NCBI RefSeq assembly: GCF_002087085.1
Contig: NZ_MWQY01000008.1
Location: 178,251 to 198,250 of the forward strand
DNA: 20,000 bases
Direction of reading: 5' to 3'
Part shown: in pieces, positions 1-10,635 of the stretch
Position numbering within the stretch: position 1 is the stretch's first letter
Layout: every line of letters starts with the position of its first letter
Notes under the pieces: generated by a model
Told to the model about the DNA's origin: nothing
The model's input: only the letters and a program-made list of their open reading frames with translations
Database searches by the model: none
Translations under genes and position numbers: made by a program

Positions 1-1398
1 CTCTTCCGCTACAACCGAGAACCCCCGTCCTGCATCGCCGGCGTGCGCTGCTTCTATGGCGGCGTTCATTGCCAGAAGGTCTGTCTGCGATGCAATCTGC
101 TTGATCGTCGTATTTGCATCAATAATCGCTTCTGAACGAGCGCTCAAGGTGTGTACCGTCTCTTTCAGTTCATCAAGCCGGGACCTCCCGTTACTTGTTA
201 CCTGCTGTAAATGGTCCGATTCGACTGCGCTCCGTCCAAGATTTTCTGCAGTCTCCCGAATGCTTTCGATCAGTGCGGTAATGGAACGATTGCTTTCCTC
301 CACCGTTGAAGACTGCGTGTTGATATTCGTATCCTGTTCTTCGATAGTCCGTTCGATCTCCTCCATATTCGAGGAAACTGTCGTTATTATATCGCTCTGC
401 CGGGAAATGACCTCTTCTACCTGAGATGAGAGCAGATTAATCTGTCCGGCGGAATGACCCGTTACTGTCATGGAATCCAGCAGACGGTCTGTACCGGTTA
501 AGGTTTCCTGTGCACCCTTCCGGGTATTGAATACGATGGCCGAGAGATTTGCGAGAAAATCATTGAAACTTCGCCCCAGAGCACCGATCTCATCCCGGTA
601 TTTCGTTTCCAGACGAATGGTCAAGTTTCCATTGGAGACGTCCTTCATGGCATGAAATATGGACTGAACGGCATTCGTAAAGCGATTACTGTAAAGAATT
701 GAGATCAGTAGACTCACTGCCACAGCCACAAGGGAGGCGGAAAAAAGGACGTTTCGCAGCCGATCGCCTACCGAGTCGCTCGTCTCGGTTACAGCATAAA
801 TATCATCCGTCAGTATTCCGTCCAGTGCCCCCACCGCCCGGGAGATCGTGGTATAGGTCGTCTGTAAAGTCCGAGCCGGCTGCTGCAGCACAATGCGGAA
901 ATATTCTTCATTGAAGACTGCTGAATTGTCGTTTGATCCCGTTGCATCCGTTACCGGAGATGAAACATTGCCAAGGGCCTGCCCGACGGAACGGGACAGA
1001 ATCTGTTGCCTCCGTTCGATGACGGGAAGCAAATTGTTCTCGAATGTTTCGAGATACGAACCTATGCCGGTGTTTAAAACGAATACCAGGGTCTGTTGGA
1101 CTTTCGGCATGCCCTTTCGATCAAAACCGCCATTCTCGCTGAAATACGATTTCAGGCGGGTATACTCCTGGATTCCTACCTGATTACGGTTTTCAATCAG
1201 AGACTGAATATTGTTCTGCACATTATCGACCATAGCAAGGGCGTCACGATACGACAGGATGCGGCGGTTGTCTTCATCGATCCGATCGATGCCCCGGGAG
1301 AGAGAGTGAATACCCCAATATCCCGCACCGGCTATAACTACGATAAGCAGAACTATACTGAGAAAGGCGGAAATCAGCTGAAAACGTATACTTCTCAC
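1..1398 (-). CDS. Methyl-accepting chemotaxis protein (5' part; runs off the window at position 1)
   Basis: Absent from the ORF track because there is no stop in the window. Manual translation from GTG at 1398 (GTGA overlap with the rhodanese stop) gives TM1 ([25 protein letters not shown]), a periplasmic region, TM2 ([20 protein letters not shown]), a HAMP domain ([23 protein letters not shown]) and the MCP hairpin-tip motif [32 protein letters not shown]. Confidence 0.95.
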   Translation of the reverse strand, partial: MRSIRFQLISAFLSIVLLIVVIAGAGYWGIHSLSRGIDRIDEDNRRILSYRDALAMVDNVQNNIQSLIENRNQVGIQEYTRLKSYFSENGGFDRKGMPKVQQTLVFVLNTGIGSYLETFENNLLPVIERRQQILSRSVGQALGNVSSPVTDATGSNDNSAVFNEEYFRIVLQQPARTLQTTYTTISRAVGALDGILTDDIYAVTETSDSVGDRLRNVLFSASLVAVAVSLLISILYSNRFTNAVQSIFHAMKDVSNGNLTIRLETKYRDEIGALGRSFNDFLANLSAIVFNTRKGAQETLTGTDRLLDSMTVTGHSAGQINLLSSQVEEVISRQSDIITTVSSNMEEIERTIEEQDTNINTQSSTVEESNRSITALIESIRETAENLGRSAVESDHLQQVTSNGRSRLDELKETVHTLSARSEAIIDANTTIKQIASQTDLLAMNAAIEAAHAGDAGRGFSVVAEE

Positions 1399-1910
1399 TC
1401 CGTCACCACCGGTAAACCTGCAGACAGCCAGCCCCCGTTCATACCGCCGGCAAGGGAGACTGCTTCAAACCCCATCATTCTCAGAACTCCGACTACCTGT
1501 CCCGCCGCCTGACCGCTGTAACAGGTCACAAGCAGACTCCTGTCTCTGGGGAGTTCATCCAGGTGATGCCCCACGTCAAACCACCAGATGTTCACAGCTC
1601 CCTCGATGTGTCCCCTGGCAAAATCTTCTGCCCGTCGAATATCCAGGACCATAACCGGTTCGTTATTGCTTAAACGCTCATGCAGGGCAGAAGGAACAAT
1701 GATATTTTTATTTTCGTTTGATAAGCCGAGGAAGTATTGCTGCCCGGCCTCTTCCAGAGCTTCTTCCCCGGCTACAACCTGGGAGAGGAGTTCCAGGATC
1801 TCGGTATCCGACATTTCCTGGAACTCCGTCTGAGAACACCCAGGCATGAACAGGAAAAATGCAGGCACGGCAAGGAACAGCAGAAAACGTTTACTCATTG
1901 AAAATTTCAT
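1395..1910 (-). CDS. Rhodanese-like domain lipoprotein
   Basis: Motifs [21 protein letters not shown], active-site loop CYSGQ and [10 protein letters not shown]-terminal hydrophobic stretch ending in PG-C (lipobox-like). Confidence 0.85.
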   Translation of the reverse strand: MKFSMSKRFLLFLAVPAFFLFMPGCSQTEFQEMSDTEILELLSQVVAGEEALEEAGQQYFLGLSNENKNIIVPSALHERLSNNEPVMVLDIRRAEDFARGHIEGAVNIWWFDVGHHLDELPRDRSLLVTCYSGQAAGQVVGVLRMMGFEAVSLAGGMNGGWLSAGLPVVTE

Positions 1911-2092
1911 AGCTCAATTTTACGTGCAGGTGGTGATTTTCGCAAGAAAATTACGATTTATTCGAATCCGCAGGAGTGGCTGAAGGACCTCAGCCCACAC
2001 GAGGCGGCAAAGTGGCAGCGTCGACGGTATATGCAAGTCACCAGCGGAGAAGTTTCAAAAATAGCCTGCGCCTCCGTATAGCCAGATATCAG

Positions 2093-2530
2093 CTATGGGT
2101 GCCCTCCTGCAATTGCTTCCCTGGCTGCTTTCTCTATTTCATCATCGATTGCATCATCAAAAGAGAAGGAGTAAATCTTCCACTCGTTATCCGGTTTATA
2201 GAACTGGAACTCCATTCTTAAGGGTTGTCGATCATGCAGGGCAAGATACGTTAAATGCACAAAACGGTCAGCTATACTGACTGCGCCGAGGAACTCCTCA
2301 CCGTAATACCGGCCTACCAGGCCTTGCACACCTGTAAGCTGGTTCTGCAGATTCCGGACAGTATCCGGTGACGAGCTGATCCACCTGTTCGTACTGTAAA
2401 TGCTCTCCAGTGCTTCAGCATACCTTTGAGAAGCATAGAGCTGAAAAAACTTTTCCACCTCGGCCGAATAGTCTGCAAGCAGCAGTGATGCCGACAAAAA
2501 CATGATCAGTATCGGAATAATCTTTTTCAT
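2093..2530 (-). CDS. Hypothetical secreted protein (~145 aa)
   Basis: Start moved from 2692 to ATG 2530, which follows GGAGGAG; MKKIIPILIMFLSASLLLA is a typical signal peptide. Confidence 0.75.
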   Translation of the reverse strand: MKKIIPILIMFLSASLLLADYSAEVEKFFQLYASQRYAEALESIYSTNRWISSSPDTVRNLQNQLTGVQGLVGRYYGEEFLGAVSIADRFVHLTYLALHDRQPLRMEFQFYKPDNEWKIYSFSFDDAIDDEIEKAAREAIAGGHP

Positions 2531-2734
2531 GTGTTTTCTCCTCCTGCGATAGACATATTCTACCCGCTTTCGCCGTTCGACGGAATCCGGCCATGGCATG
2601 GTTGACCGGAGGAGAAAAATACTCAAGCCCAGATGATATCTCGATGCATTGCCGGTTCCAGCGGAAAAGCTCCGGCCAAAGTCTACATGCAATACACGGA
2701 TTTTACCGTGATGTATCCCTGCATCCTCCCTCCC

Positions 2735-3841
2735 TTATATATTTCGAACAGAGGATGCGTCAGGTATCTCCTTCTCTGCATTACAGTGCTCGCAGTAGGG
2801 AAGCAGCGAATGCCGAATTCCGTGGCATTCCGGACATTCCTCAAAAAGCGGAGTACCGCAGGCCGGACACGAGTAGGGCCTTTCTTCCTCAGCCTTATTC
2901 GGAAGGACAATCTTGTTTACCGTCCGCCTGGTCCAGAACAGAAACCTGCGAGGACCCGTTCGGACCGGATACTCACAGACAGGGCAAAGAAAACGTTCAT
3001 AGGCTTCACGGTATTGTCTGGTCAGCCACTGGGTCCTGGGAAAAGCTGCAACACGAATAAAGTAGATCAGGAGCTTGACCACGGCGATCAGAAGTCCGAT
3101 CACGAGTACGTACTTGAAATACCGTGTAGGAAAATACTCATGGATTACGAGAGATACCTTCAGCAGTACCGCTGCTCCGTAACCTGCGAAAAGAGGGAAA
3201 TAAATGCTGTCGCGTTTTTTTACAATCAGAAACGCTCCGGCAGCCAGAAGCGGAACCAGTATCAGAAGTTGCAGCATGGCAAGACGTAAATCATGATTTT
3301 CCTTCAGCCGCTCATACTCGCTTCTGGCGGGTTCACGCTGACCTTCGATTTCTTTTTCCAGATCCAGTCTTTCGGACTCTAATCCCCGCTTCTGATCCAT
3401 GAGTTCTGAAAGCTCTTCATTGTACACCTGATACTTCTCCTGGCTGTCAAGAAAACTTTCGAGGCTCTCGGACAGATTGATCTGCTCTGCTTCGGGCAGC
3501 ACAGCCGATTCTTGCACTGTGACTTTCTGTAGTTCGATCAGCTGATTGATGGTTTTCTGAAGATTCTGAGAACTGTCGCTTACAATCTGCATCTCCTCCC
3601 GCTTACTGGCTATATCGCGATCAATTTCCGCAATGCTCTCCGCAAGCCTCCCCTCCTGCTCCACAAGGGCCTGATCAACGTATTCTTTTTCTATCTCGCT
3701 ATACCGGGGACCCTGTATCGACTCAATATCCCCGACAAGAAATCCGAGAACCCAATATACGAGTATGGCCAGAATCACTGTAAAAAGACGTATCGAGAAG
3801 CGATGAATCCAGGGACCCCTGGGCTTTGGTGCTGTTTTCAT
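2735..3841 (-). CDS. Membrane protein with coiled coil and C-terminal double zinc ribbon
   Basis: ATG 3841 follows GGAGGT; one TM helix, a long heptad-rich segment, three TM helices, then four CxxC motifs (CPVC, CPAC, CPEC, CEHC). Confidence 0.8.
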   Translation of the reverse strand: MKTAPKPRGPWIHRFSIRLFTVILAILVYWVLGFLVGDIESIQGPRYSEIEKEYVDQALVEQEGRLAESIAEIDRDIASKREEMQIVSDSSQNLQKTINQLIELQKVTVQESAVLPEAEQINLSESLESFLDSQEKYQVYNEELSELMDQKRGLESERLDLEKEIEGQREPARSEYERLKENHDLRLAMLQLLILVPLLAAGAFLIVKKRDSIYFPLFAGYGAAVLLKVSLVIHEYFPTRYFKYVLVIGLLIAVVKLLIYFIRVAAFPRTQWLTRQYREAYERFLCPVCEYPVRTGPRRFLFWTRRTVNKIVLPNKAEEERPYSCPACGTPLFEECPECHGIRHSLLPYCEHCNAEKEIPDASSVRNI

Positions 3842-4091
3842 TTTACCTCCTGCACCAGGAAAGTATATATCTATAAATGAAAACATGAATACCATGCAGA
3901 TATTTCCCGGGGTTCTTCCAGGATACACTGCTTTTGAAGGACTGCTCCGGCTTTTTCGTCTCGTTGCTCACTAATCCGGAAACCATGGCTATTGACTATC
4001 CTTTATCACCAGCTTGACATGTTTTGTCATTCGGTTATCTACTTTTGCATATACGCCCAGAGAACCTGAAGCCCATGAGTTTACAAAGGAA

Positions 4092-6428
4092 ATGATACAG
4101 TTTATGAACAGAAACACCATATCAAGTATCGAAAAAGCTTTCCTAAAAGAAACAGGTACGTCTGAAAACTCCCCGGACCCGTCCTATATAGTTGTTGATA
4201 ATTTTCCTAAACTGGGGCTGTTGACTTCCCTGAGATTTCTGGAGTGGGCTTCGGAAAACCCCCGGGGAATCATCAGCCTTCCCACAGGAAAGACACCGGA
4301 GTATTTTATCAAATGGACGGCACATCTGCTTGATGTCTGGAACGAAAAACCGGGGATAGCCGTACGTGAAAAGTACGGGCTCGCCGGTGTAAAAAAACCT
4401 GACCTGAGAGGTTTACGCTTCGTTCAAATCGACGAGTTTTATCCCATTAATTCCGGTCAGCACAACAGTTTTTACAATTATGTAGTCAACTATTATATCA
4501 AAGGTTTTGGCCTGAATATGGATAATGCTCTGCTGATTAATTCAGACGAGATTCCCCTCGCGGAAGGCAAACATTATTCAGAGATCTTTCCGGACCTGCG
4601 GGTCGATCTTTCTCTGCGGTATCGGGAATGCAGGAGCTCGCTGGAACAATTACAGCAGCGATCGATATTCATGATCGATCAGTGGTGCAGTGATTATGAG
4701 AAACGGATACGTGATTTGGGAGGCCTGGGATTTTTTATGGGCGGCATCGGACCTGACGGCCATATCGCTTTCAACACCCGCGGGTCCGATCAGTATTCCA
4801 CCACACGATTGACAGAGACTAATTTCGAAACCCAGGCGGTGGCAGCCTCCGACCTGGGAGGGATTGAGATCTCTTCCAACAGGCTGGTAATCACCATCGG
4901 TCTGGAAACCATCACCTGCAATCCGGACACGGTGGCTATTATCATTGCAGCAGGCGAAGCTAAAGCCGGAATCGTGAAAAACTCTATCGAGAGCCCCATA
5001 AACAATATTTATCCGGCCACAGTCCTTAAAAGACTGCACAACAGCAGGTTTTACCTGACCAAAGGGGCCGCATCGAAACTCAGCGACACGATGGACGCCT
5101 ACTATGGAGAAGGAGACTGGAACCCGGAAAAATCCGACAGAGCAGTCGTTGATCTATGCAGAAAGAATAATTCCTATGGCCATCATATATCCATCGAAGA
5201 TCTGCGGCATGATCGGTATTGTCGTCACATACCTTCACTGGACAAGAACACAGTGCCTTCGGTTCAGAAGAGTATCATCGAAAAAATAGAGCGGGGACTG
5301 GGACAGGAAAAAAACCAGGTATTCCTCCATACCGGACCGCACCACGACGATATCATGCTGGGGATACTGCCCTACATAGCAACCCATATCAGCGAAACAT
5401 CCAACCAGTTCCATTTTTCAATCCTGACGTCCGGGTTCACCGCTGTAACAAATCAGTTTATCATCACCGCACTCACCGACACGATCAGTTTCATTGACGA
5501 CGGACTTATCCAGATGATAGCCTATCCCGATTTTTTTAAAGTCGGGTATAAACATAAATGGGACAAGGATGTATATCACTATCTTACCAAGGTAGCTGCC
5601 GGGGAAGAGTACGAACTGCGTCGCGGCCTGTGTCACCGAATCGTACGGGCAGTGGTGGAAATATACAGCATTAAAGACGCAGAGCACCTTAGAGAAACAC
5701 TGAAGAATGTCATCCATCTCTTACAAAACAGCTACGACGGGGAGAAGAACCCTCCTGAAATACAAAAACTGAAGGGTATGCTGCGGGAATTCGAGGAGGA
5801 ACTGGTCTGGGCGCATTTCGGCGTGCAGGTAAAAAATGTTCATCACCTCAGGCTGGGATTCTATACCGGAGATATGTTCACCGAACAGCCCGAACAGAGT
5901 CGTGACGTGGCCCCCATTCTGGACATGTTGAAAGAGATTCATCCCACGGTCATCAGCCTGGCCTTCGATCCCGAAGGCAGCGGTCCCGATACACATTACA
6001 AAGTACTGCAGGCCATCGCCGCCGCACTACGCGAATGGAGCAAGAAAGAGGACCTTTCCGACCTTCGGATCTGGGGCTATCGTAACGTATGGTACAGGTT
6101 TCATCCCGCAGAGGCTGACTGCATCATTCCGGTTTCCCTCGATGAGATGGCAGTAATGGACAGCCTGTTTAGCAATTGTTACCTCAGCCAGGTAGATGCA
6201 TCGTTCCCCAGCCACGAGCTTAACGGGAAGTTCAGCCATCTGTCACAGAAAATATGGGTCGAACAGTTAAAAGATATTCAACTGCTCCTTGGAAAAGACT
6301 ACTTCTATCAGAATGAGAACCCGAAAATCCGTTCAAGTCATGGAATGATCTTCCTCAGGGAGATGAACCTGGAGGAGTTCCTGACATACGCCCGCAAGTT
6401 GGAAAAATCCATCGACGGAAATTTCTGA
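4092..6428 (+). CDS. nagB: Glucosamine-6-phosphate deaminase fused to an LmbE/PIG-L-like domain
   Basis: NagB motifs LPTGKTP, QIDEFYP and GGIGPDGHIAFN; C-terminal half has GPHHDD and DPEGSGPDTH (LmbE-type metal motifs). Start is uncertain (ATG 4092 or 4104; the track uses TTG 4014). Confidence 0.85.
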   Translation: MIQFMNRNTISSIEKAFLKETGTSENSPDPSYIVVDNFPKLGLLTSLRFLEWASENPRGIISLPTGKTPEYFIKWTAHLLDVWNEKPGIAVREKYGLAGVKKPDLRGLRFVQIDEFYPINSGQHNSFYNYVVNYYIKGFGLNMDNALLINSDEIPLAEGKHYSEIFPDLRVDLSLRYRECRSSLEQLQQRSIFMIDQWCSDYEKRIRDLGGLGFFMGGIGPDGHIAFNTRGSDQYSTTRLTETNFETQAVAASDLGGIEISSNRLVITIGLETITCNPDTVAIIIAAGEAKAGIVKNSIESPINNIYPATVLKRLHNSRFYLTKGAASKLSDTMDAYYGEGDWNPEKSDRAVVDLCRKNNSYGHHISIEDLRHDRYCRHIPSLDKNTVPSVQKSIIEKIERGLGQEKNQVFLHTGPHHDDIMLGILPYIATHISETSNQFHFSILTSGFTAVTNQFIITALTDTISFIDDGLIQMIAYPDFFKVGYKHKWDKDVYHYLTKVAAGEEYELRRGLCHRIVRAVVEIYSIKDAEHLRETLKNVIHLLQNSYDGEKNPPEIQKLKGMLREFEEELVWAHFGVQVKNVHHLRLGFYTGDMFTEQPEQSRDVAPILDMLKEIHPTVISLAFDPEGSGPDTHYKVLQAIAAALREWSKKEDLSDLRIWGYRNVWYRFHPAEADCIIPVSLDEMAVMDSLFSNCYLSQVDASFPSHELNGKFSHLSQKIWVEQLKDIQLLLGKDYFYQNENPKIRSSHGMIFLREMNLEEFLTYARKLEKSIDGNF

Positions 6429-6631
6429 GCATGTACAAACCAGGACATCGCGGACTATCAGCTGACCACATCCTTTACAGTTTCAACTCATCCTTACAGG
6501 TCATGATATCCCAGACCTTCCGGTCCTTCGTATCTGCATAACCGTCTATATCTTCAGATTTGAGCCATTGAGAGGGACCCAGGCGGAATGTAACGGGCTG
6601 CGCTTCCCATATTCTGCACTCAGCCTCATTC

Positions 6632-7111
6632 TCAAAGCACTTTGACGTAGAGACACCTGTCATCGCCATCGTCATAATAATCCTTCTGCACCGCTTCCAG
6701 GATATAACCCTGTTTTTCATGAAATCTGCGGGTGGGGGCATAGAGCATGCTCGAGGAGGTTTCGATATATGTCTTCCTTCCCCCGAGCGTTCTTATGTGG
6801 TCTTCGGTCTGTTCAAGCAGCATCCCGCCGATACCCCTTCCCCTGAGCCTGTCATCGACGGCAATCCAGTAGATGTCCCAGCGGTTGAGGGTCATCGGTA
6901 TGGGGCCGTAGCAGATATACCCGGTAAGACGGCTTTTTTCCCGAGCGGTCATGAAATAGTAGCCGCTTTCATCGCCCTTTTTCAGTGCTTCCTGCACCAG
7001 CTCCAATGCCACATCGATCTCCCGGGCTTGAAAATAACCCGAGGATTCGAGAACTTCCCGTATCCGTTCGTCATCACCGGGAAGGAGCTCTTTCCTGATT
7101 ACGATATTCAT
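6632..7111 (-). CDS. GNAT family N-acetyltransferase
   Basis: YWIAVDDRLRGRGIGGMLL (acetyl-CoA motif A); ATGA overlap with the upstream gene. Confidence 0.92.
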   Translation of the reverse strand: MNIVIRKELLPGDDERIREVLESSGYFQAREIDVALELVQEALKKGDESGYYFMTAREKSRLTGYICYGPIPMTLNRWDIYWIAVDDRLRGRGIGGMLLEQTEDHIRTLGGRKTYIETSSSMLYAPTRRFHEKQGYILEAVQKDYYDDGDDRCLYVKVL

Positions 7112-8124
7112 CTTGTCCCACCCGAAGATGCTACAATCCGTTCAATCATCTCTTGGTATGATACACCCGCTTTCGCAGCCGCTTCAGGAAAACCCGCTCC
7201 GGGAGAAATGCAGGGGTTCGCGTTGACCTCCAGGACATGGGGCTGTCCCGTTTCATCCATCCGGAAATCAACCCGGGCATACCCGTTCAGACTGAAGAGG
7301 CCTGCGCATTCCCGGGCAATCGCGGTGAGCTGCTGCAGCATGGGATCGTCGTCGGAACCGAAATCAAAACTACGCAAGGAGTTCTGATACGATTCACAGG
7401 ATTCATCCCATTTCGCTCTGTAATCGAGAAAAGGATTGTGCTCATCTTTCCCGCTGTAGATGATCTCAGAAGGAGGGAGAACCTCCCATGAGTCTTTTCC
7501 GTCGGAGAGAAGGGCGATATTTATCTCCCGACCAGACAGAAACCGCTCGGCGAAAAAACCCCTTCCCGACGCCGCGAGGAGTTCATCGAGTTCTTCTTCC
7601 CGGGAGACCTCGACAACGGAATCCGAGGTCAAACCTGCCGAGCCGTGTTCCCACACAGATTTGACAATGTACCGCCCCGGGAAAAAAGTGCCTGCAGCAA
7701 GCCCGCCGGCCTCATACCAGAAGGGAGTCGGAATCCCCTGTCGAAGCATCATCCTTTTTGAAATTATCTTGTGAGAGGTCAGGTAGAGAGCATCCGCGCT
7801 GCAGCCCGTGTAGGGAATACCCTCCTGTTCAAGGATGTGGGGAAAGAGCGATATGAACCGGCCTTCTCCCGCAGAAGGGTCGAAAAGATTAAAAATCAGA
7901 CTGCCCCGGTGTGTTCCCAGGGTTCTCCGGAATTCAACCAGGTTCATGTCGGCCTCGAGTTCCCGGGTTTCATACCCGAGCTCTTCCAGTGCGGTGCTTA
8001 CCGTTTCCGCCTGGTAGAGGGTATCCTGATCGTCGGCGCCCGCCATGCCGGCGGGCCGGCAGAAAAGGATTGAGATTTTTCTAGAATTCATGCAGAACGA
8101 TTTTTCCATTGTGCTCTCTTTCAA
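7108..8124 (-). CDS. Ddl-like ATP-grasp ligase (2)
   Basis: Motifs IPYTG, YIVKSVWEHGSAG, ERFLSGREI, GYARVDFR and LEVNANP. True start may be ATG 8091. Confidence 0.88.
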   Translation of the reverse strand: MKESTMEKSFCMNSRKISILFCRPAGMAGADDQDTLYQAETVSTALEELGYETRELEADMNLVEFRRTLGTHRGSLIFNLFDPSAGEGRFISLFPHILEQEGIPYTGCSADALYLTSHKIISKRMMLRQGIPTPFWYEAGGLAAGTFFPGRYIVKSVWEHGSAGLTSDSVVEVSREEELDELLAASGRGFFAERFLSGREINIALLSDGKDSWEVLPPSEIIYSGKDEHNPFLDYRAKWDESCESYQNSLRSFDFGSDDDPMLQQLTAIARECAGLFSLNGYARVDFRMDETGQPHVLEVNANPCISPGAGFPEAAAKAGVSYQEMIERIVASSGGTR

Positions 8125-9187
8125 GGGCGGAAGTCATGATCTCCCTGATCAGCGCTTCATAGCTTATCCCTGAAAGACGACACAGGATCGGCAGATCGGA
8201 ATCGACAGGATGAAGACCGGCGAGGGGATTTACCTCGATAAAACTGGGCCGGTTCTCCGCATCCAGCCGCAGGTCGATCCTGCCTCCGTCCCTGCACCCC
8301 AAAGCTCTCCAGGCGGCAAGTGCAAGGTCCTTGCATGCTTCTCCCAGCTCCCCATTAACCAGGGAATACTCAACCAGTTCACGGTAGTTTTTTTTCGTTT
8401 CATATGAGTAAACCACCCCCGACGACTCTCCCTGAAAAACCACTTCCATCGGCGTCAGCGCTCTTGCCCTATCGCCGGTACCGAGGACCCCCACGGTAAA
8501 TTCCCGGCCGGGAAGAAAGGTCTCCACGAGAACGGGCTGCCGGAATTCGACCAAAAGATCGCTGCAGAGCTCCCGCAGTTCCCCTTCATTGTGAACCAGA
8601 GATCTGCTGCTGATTCCCTTACCGGTTCCCTCCGCGGCAGGCTTCACGAACAGTGGGAAAGCGAGGGAATGCCCGTCCAGGTCCGAAAGGGTTTTAACCA
8701 CGATGAAATCGGGAGTCGCTATCCCCAAATTTTTAAGAATGTGCTTCGCTATCCCCTTGTGGAGGGTGATTCCGAGAACCAGCGGATCAGAAAAGGTATA
8801 GGGGATTCGATAGGCATCCAGGAGGGCGGGTATCTGGGCCTCTCTCCCCAGACCGTGCATGCCTTCAGAGATATTGAAAACAATATCCCATCGTTCACCC
8901 GCGGCGAGCTTTCCGACGAGGGATTCAATTCCTCCTATCCGGACCGGGGCATAGCCCAAAGTGCGCAGGCTTTGCTCCAGGGCATCGATTGTTTCAGGAG
9001 AATCCAGTTCCGCCGTCTCTTCCGGACTGTAATTCCTCGCAAGGTATTCCGCCTGCAGGTCGTAGGTGAGACCTACGCACAGTTTTTCCGGTCTTCTCTT
9101 CTCAGAGCCTTCCGACCAGAAGTCTGTAGAACTGATATCTATCGGCCTAGAGGCTGTCGTCAGGATACTCATAGGTTTTCCCTTCAT
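8081..9187 (-). CDS. Ddl-like ATP-grasp ligase (1)
   Basis: Motifs FVKPAAEGTGKGI, VETFLPGREFTVG, GRIDLR and IEVNPLAGL; lacks the GGxSxE N-terminal motif of housekeeping Ddl. True start may be ATG 9172. Confidence 0.88.
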   Translation of the reverse strand: MKGKPMSILTTASRPIDISSTDFWSEGSEKRRPEKLCVGLTYDLQAEYLARNYSPEETAELDSPETIDALEQSLRTLGYAPVRIGGIESLVGKLAAGERWDIVFNISEGMHGLGREAQIPALLDAYRIPYTFSDPLVLGITLHKGIAKHILKNLGIATPDFIVVKTLSDLDGHSLAFPLFVKPAAEGTGKGISSRSLVHNEGELRELCSDLLVEFRQPVLVETFLPGREFTVGVLGTGDRARALTPMEVVFQGESSGVVYSYETKKNYRELVEYSLVNGELGEACKDLALAAWRALGCRDGGRIDLRLDAENRPSFIEVNPLAGLHPVDSDLPILCRLSGISYEALIREIMTSALEREHNGKIVLHEF

Positions 9188-10451
9188 AATTTCTTAGAGT
9201 CAGTTTTCCGTTAACCGTTCCCTGAATGTAGTCAGGACTAATAGGAATCTTTCCGCCTCCCCCAGGAGCATCTATGACGTAGTGGGGGACCGCGTATCCC
9301 GAGGTAAAACCCCTGAGGCTGCGGATGAGCTCTATCCCCTCTCTCACGGTGGTCCTGAAATGGGCCGAACCTGCAATGGGATCGCACTGGTAGAGATAGT
9401 AGGGCCTGACCCTGATTATCATCAGCTTATGGAAGAGATTCATCAGGGTCTCTGAATTATTATTGACCCCCTTGAGAAGAACGGTCTGACTGCCCAGGGG
9501 AATTCCAGCGTCCGCCAGACGACTGCAGGCTTCGCTCGACTCCGGAGTGATCTCATCAGGATGTGTTGCGTGAATACTCATCCACAGCGGATGGTACTTT
9601 TTCAGCATCCTGACAAGGGATTCCGTAATCCGCTGGGGCAGGACCATTGGGACCTTCGTTCCCAGCCGTATAATTTCCACATGCGGAACTGCCCTCAGAC
9701 TACTCAGAAGATACTCGAGGCTCTTCTCGGGCAAGGTCAATGGATCTCCGCCGGAGACAAGAACGTCCCGCACCTCCCCGTGGGCCCTGATATATTTCAG
9801 AGCTTCATCCCAGTCTTTCCTTCCCATAGCTCCGTTGCCGTTGCCGACGACACGTGAGCGGGTGCAGTAGCGGCAGTTAACCGAGCATGTGTTGGTTGCC
9901 AGAAGGAGGACCCTGTCGGGGTAACGATGAAAGAGCCCGGGAGCAACACAGTGGCCCTCTTCATTCAGCGGATCGACCGATTCTCCGGGGGAGGAGACAA
10001 ATTCGGCCAATCCGGGAATAACCGTCTTCCGAAGAGGCTGCAAAATATCCAGCGGATCGATAAGTGAGGCGTAGTAAGGCGTCAGCGAAAGCGGAAGCCT
10101 TCTTCCCGCAAAAACGAGTGCGTCCTTTTCATCGTCGGAAAGACAGAAGATACGCTCCAGCCCCTTCAGGGTATGGATTCTGTTCCTGAACTGCCAACGC
10201 CAGTCATTCCATTCGTCATCACGGGTATCCGGAAAATATCGAGCTCGGAAAGAGGATGATCGACGGCTGATGATGGGAAAAAGTTCAGCAGTATCCCCCT
10301 GGCTGGGTAGAACGCTGACTAGACCAGGAGGCTCCTCGTCTTCGGCAGTGGGAACCGGATCGGAGAATTCAATTTGGATTGTGTTCCTTTTTACTGAAGC
10401 AGGTTTGGTTCGGGTACAACCCGAAAAGGTGTAACCATTTTTACTGTTCAT
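9147..10451 (-). CDS. KamA-family radical SAM/PLP aminomutase (lysine 2,3-aminomutase-like)
   Basis: Motifs WNDWRWQ, HRYPDRVLL, CSVNCRYC (CxxxCxxC), SGGDPL, YLYQCD and DAPGGGGK (PLP lysine). Start is uncertain (10553 GTG, 10451 ATG, or later). Confidence 0.92.
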   Translation of the reverse strand: MNSKNGYTFSGCTRTKPASVKRNTIQIEFSDPVPTAEDEEPPGLVSVLPSQGDTAELFPIISRRSSSFRARYFPDTRDDEWNDWRWQFRNRIHTLKGLERIFCLSDDEKDALVFAGRRLPLSLTPYYASLIDPLDILQPLRKTVIPGLAEFVSSPGESVDPLNEEGHCVAPGLFHRYPDRVLLLATNTCSVNCRYCTRSRVVGNGNGAMGRKDWDEALKYIRAHGEVRDVLVSGGDPLTLPEKSLEYLLSSLRAVPHVEIIRLGTKVPMVLPQRITESLVRMLKKYHPLWMSIHATHPDEITPESSEACSRLADAGIPLGSQTVLLKGVNNNSETLMNLFHKLMIIRVRPYYLYQCDPIAGSAHFRTTVREGIELIRSLRGFTSGYAVPHYVIDAPGGGGKIPISPDYIQGTVNGKLTLRNYEGKTYEYPDDSL

Positions 10452-10635
10452 TGATTTTCTAATCCCTATATCCCGTGATAATCCATTGATTACCCGGAAT
10501 GGAAAAGAAAATACCGCAACCAGGTTGCGTCGGTAAAAGCCGATTCTGATCACCAGAAACAGACTATTTACCTACGTCTAAATTCATCTTTTTTGAAAAT
10601 ATGTCAATATTCTTGCCGTAAATAATTGCATTATT

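Noticed and set aside
735..1310. Possible frameshifts in the MCP at the A6 run (741-746) and the GA repeat near 1300
   Set aside because: On recounting, both stay in frame; the gene is open from 1398 to the window edge.
56..1512. Plus-strand ORFs 56..424, 470..655, 699..914, 893..1183 and 1096..1512
   Set aside because: They are antisense shadows of the MCP and rhodanese genes and carry no recognisable motifs.
4014..4045. nagB promoter with a TGACA-N5-TGTCA inverted repeat
   Set aside because: The -35 box is good but there is no convincing -10 box at proper spacing, and the repeat is short enough to be chance.
7108..9187. Housekeeping ddl or van-type resistance ligases
   Set aside because: The GGxSxE motif is missing and there are no mur or vanHX neighbours.
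6632..10553. Canonical ablAB (N-epsilon-acetyl-beta-lysine) or epmB locus
   Set aside because: The GNAT is a short single domain separated from the aminomutase by two ligases, and no efp or epmA is nearby. A related product is not excluded, but the gene symbols are not justified.
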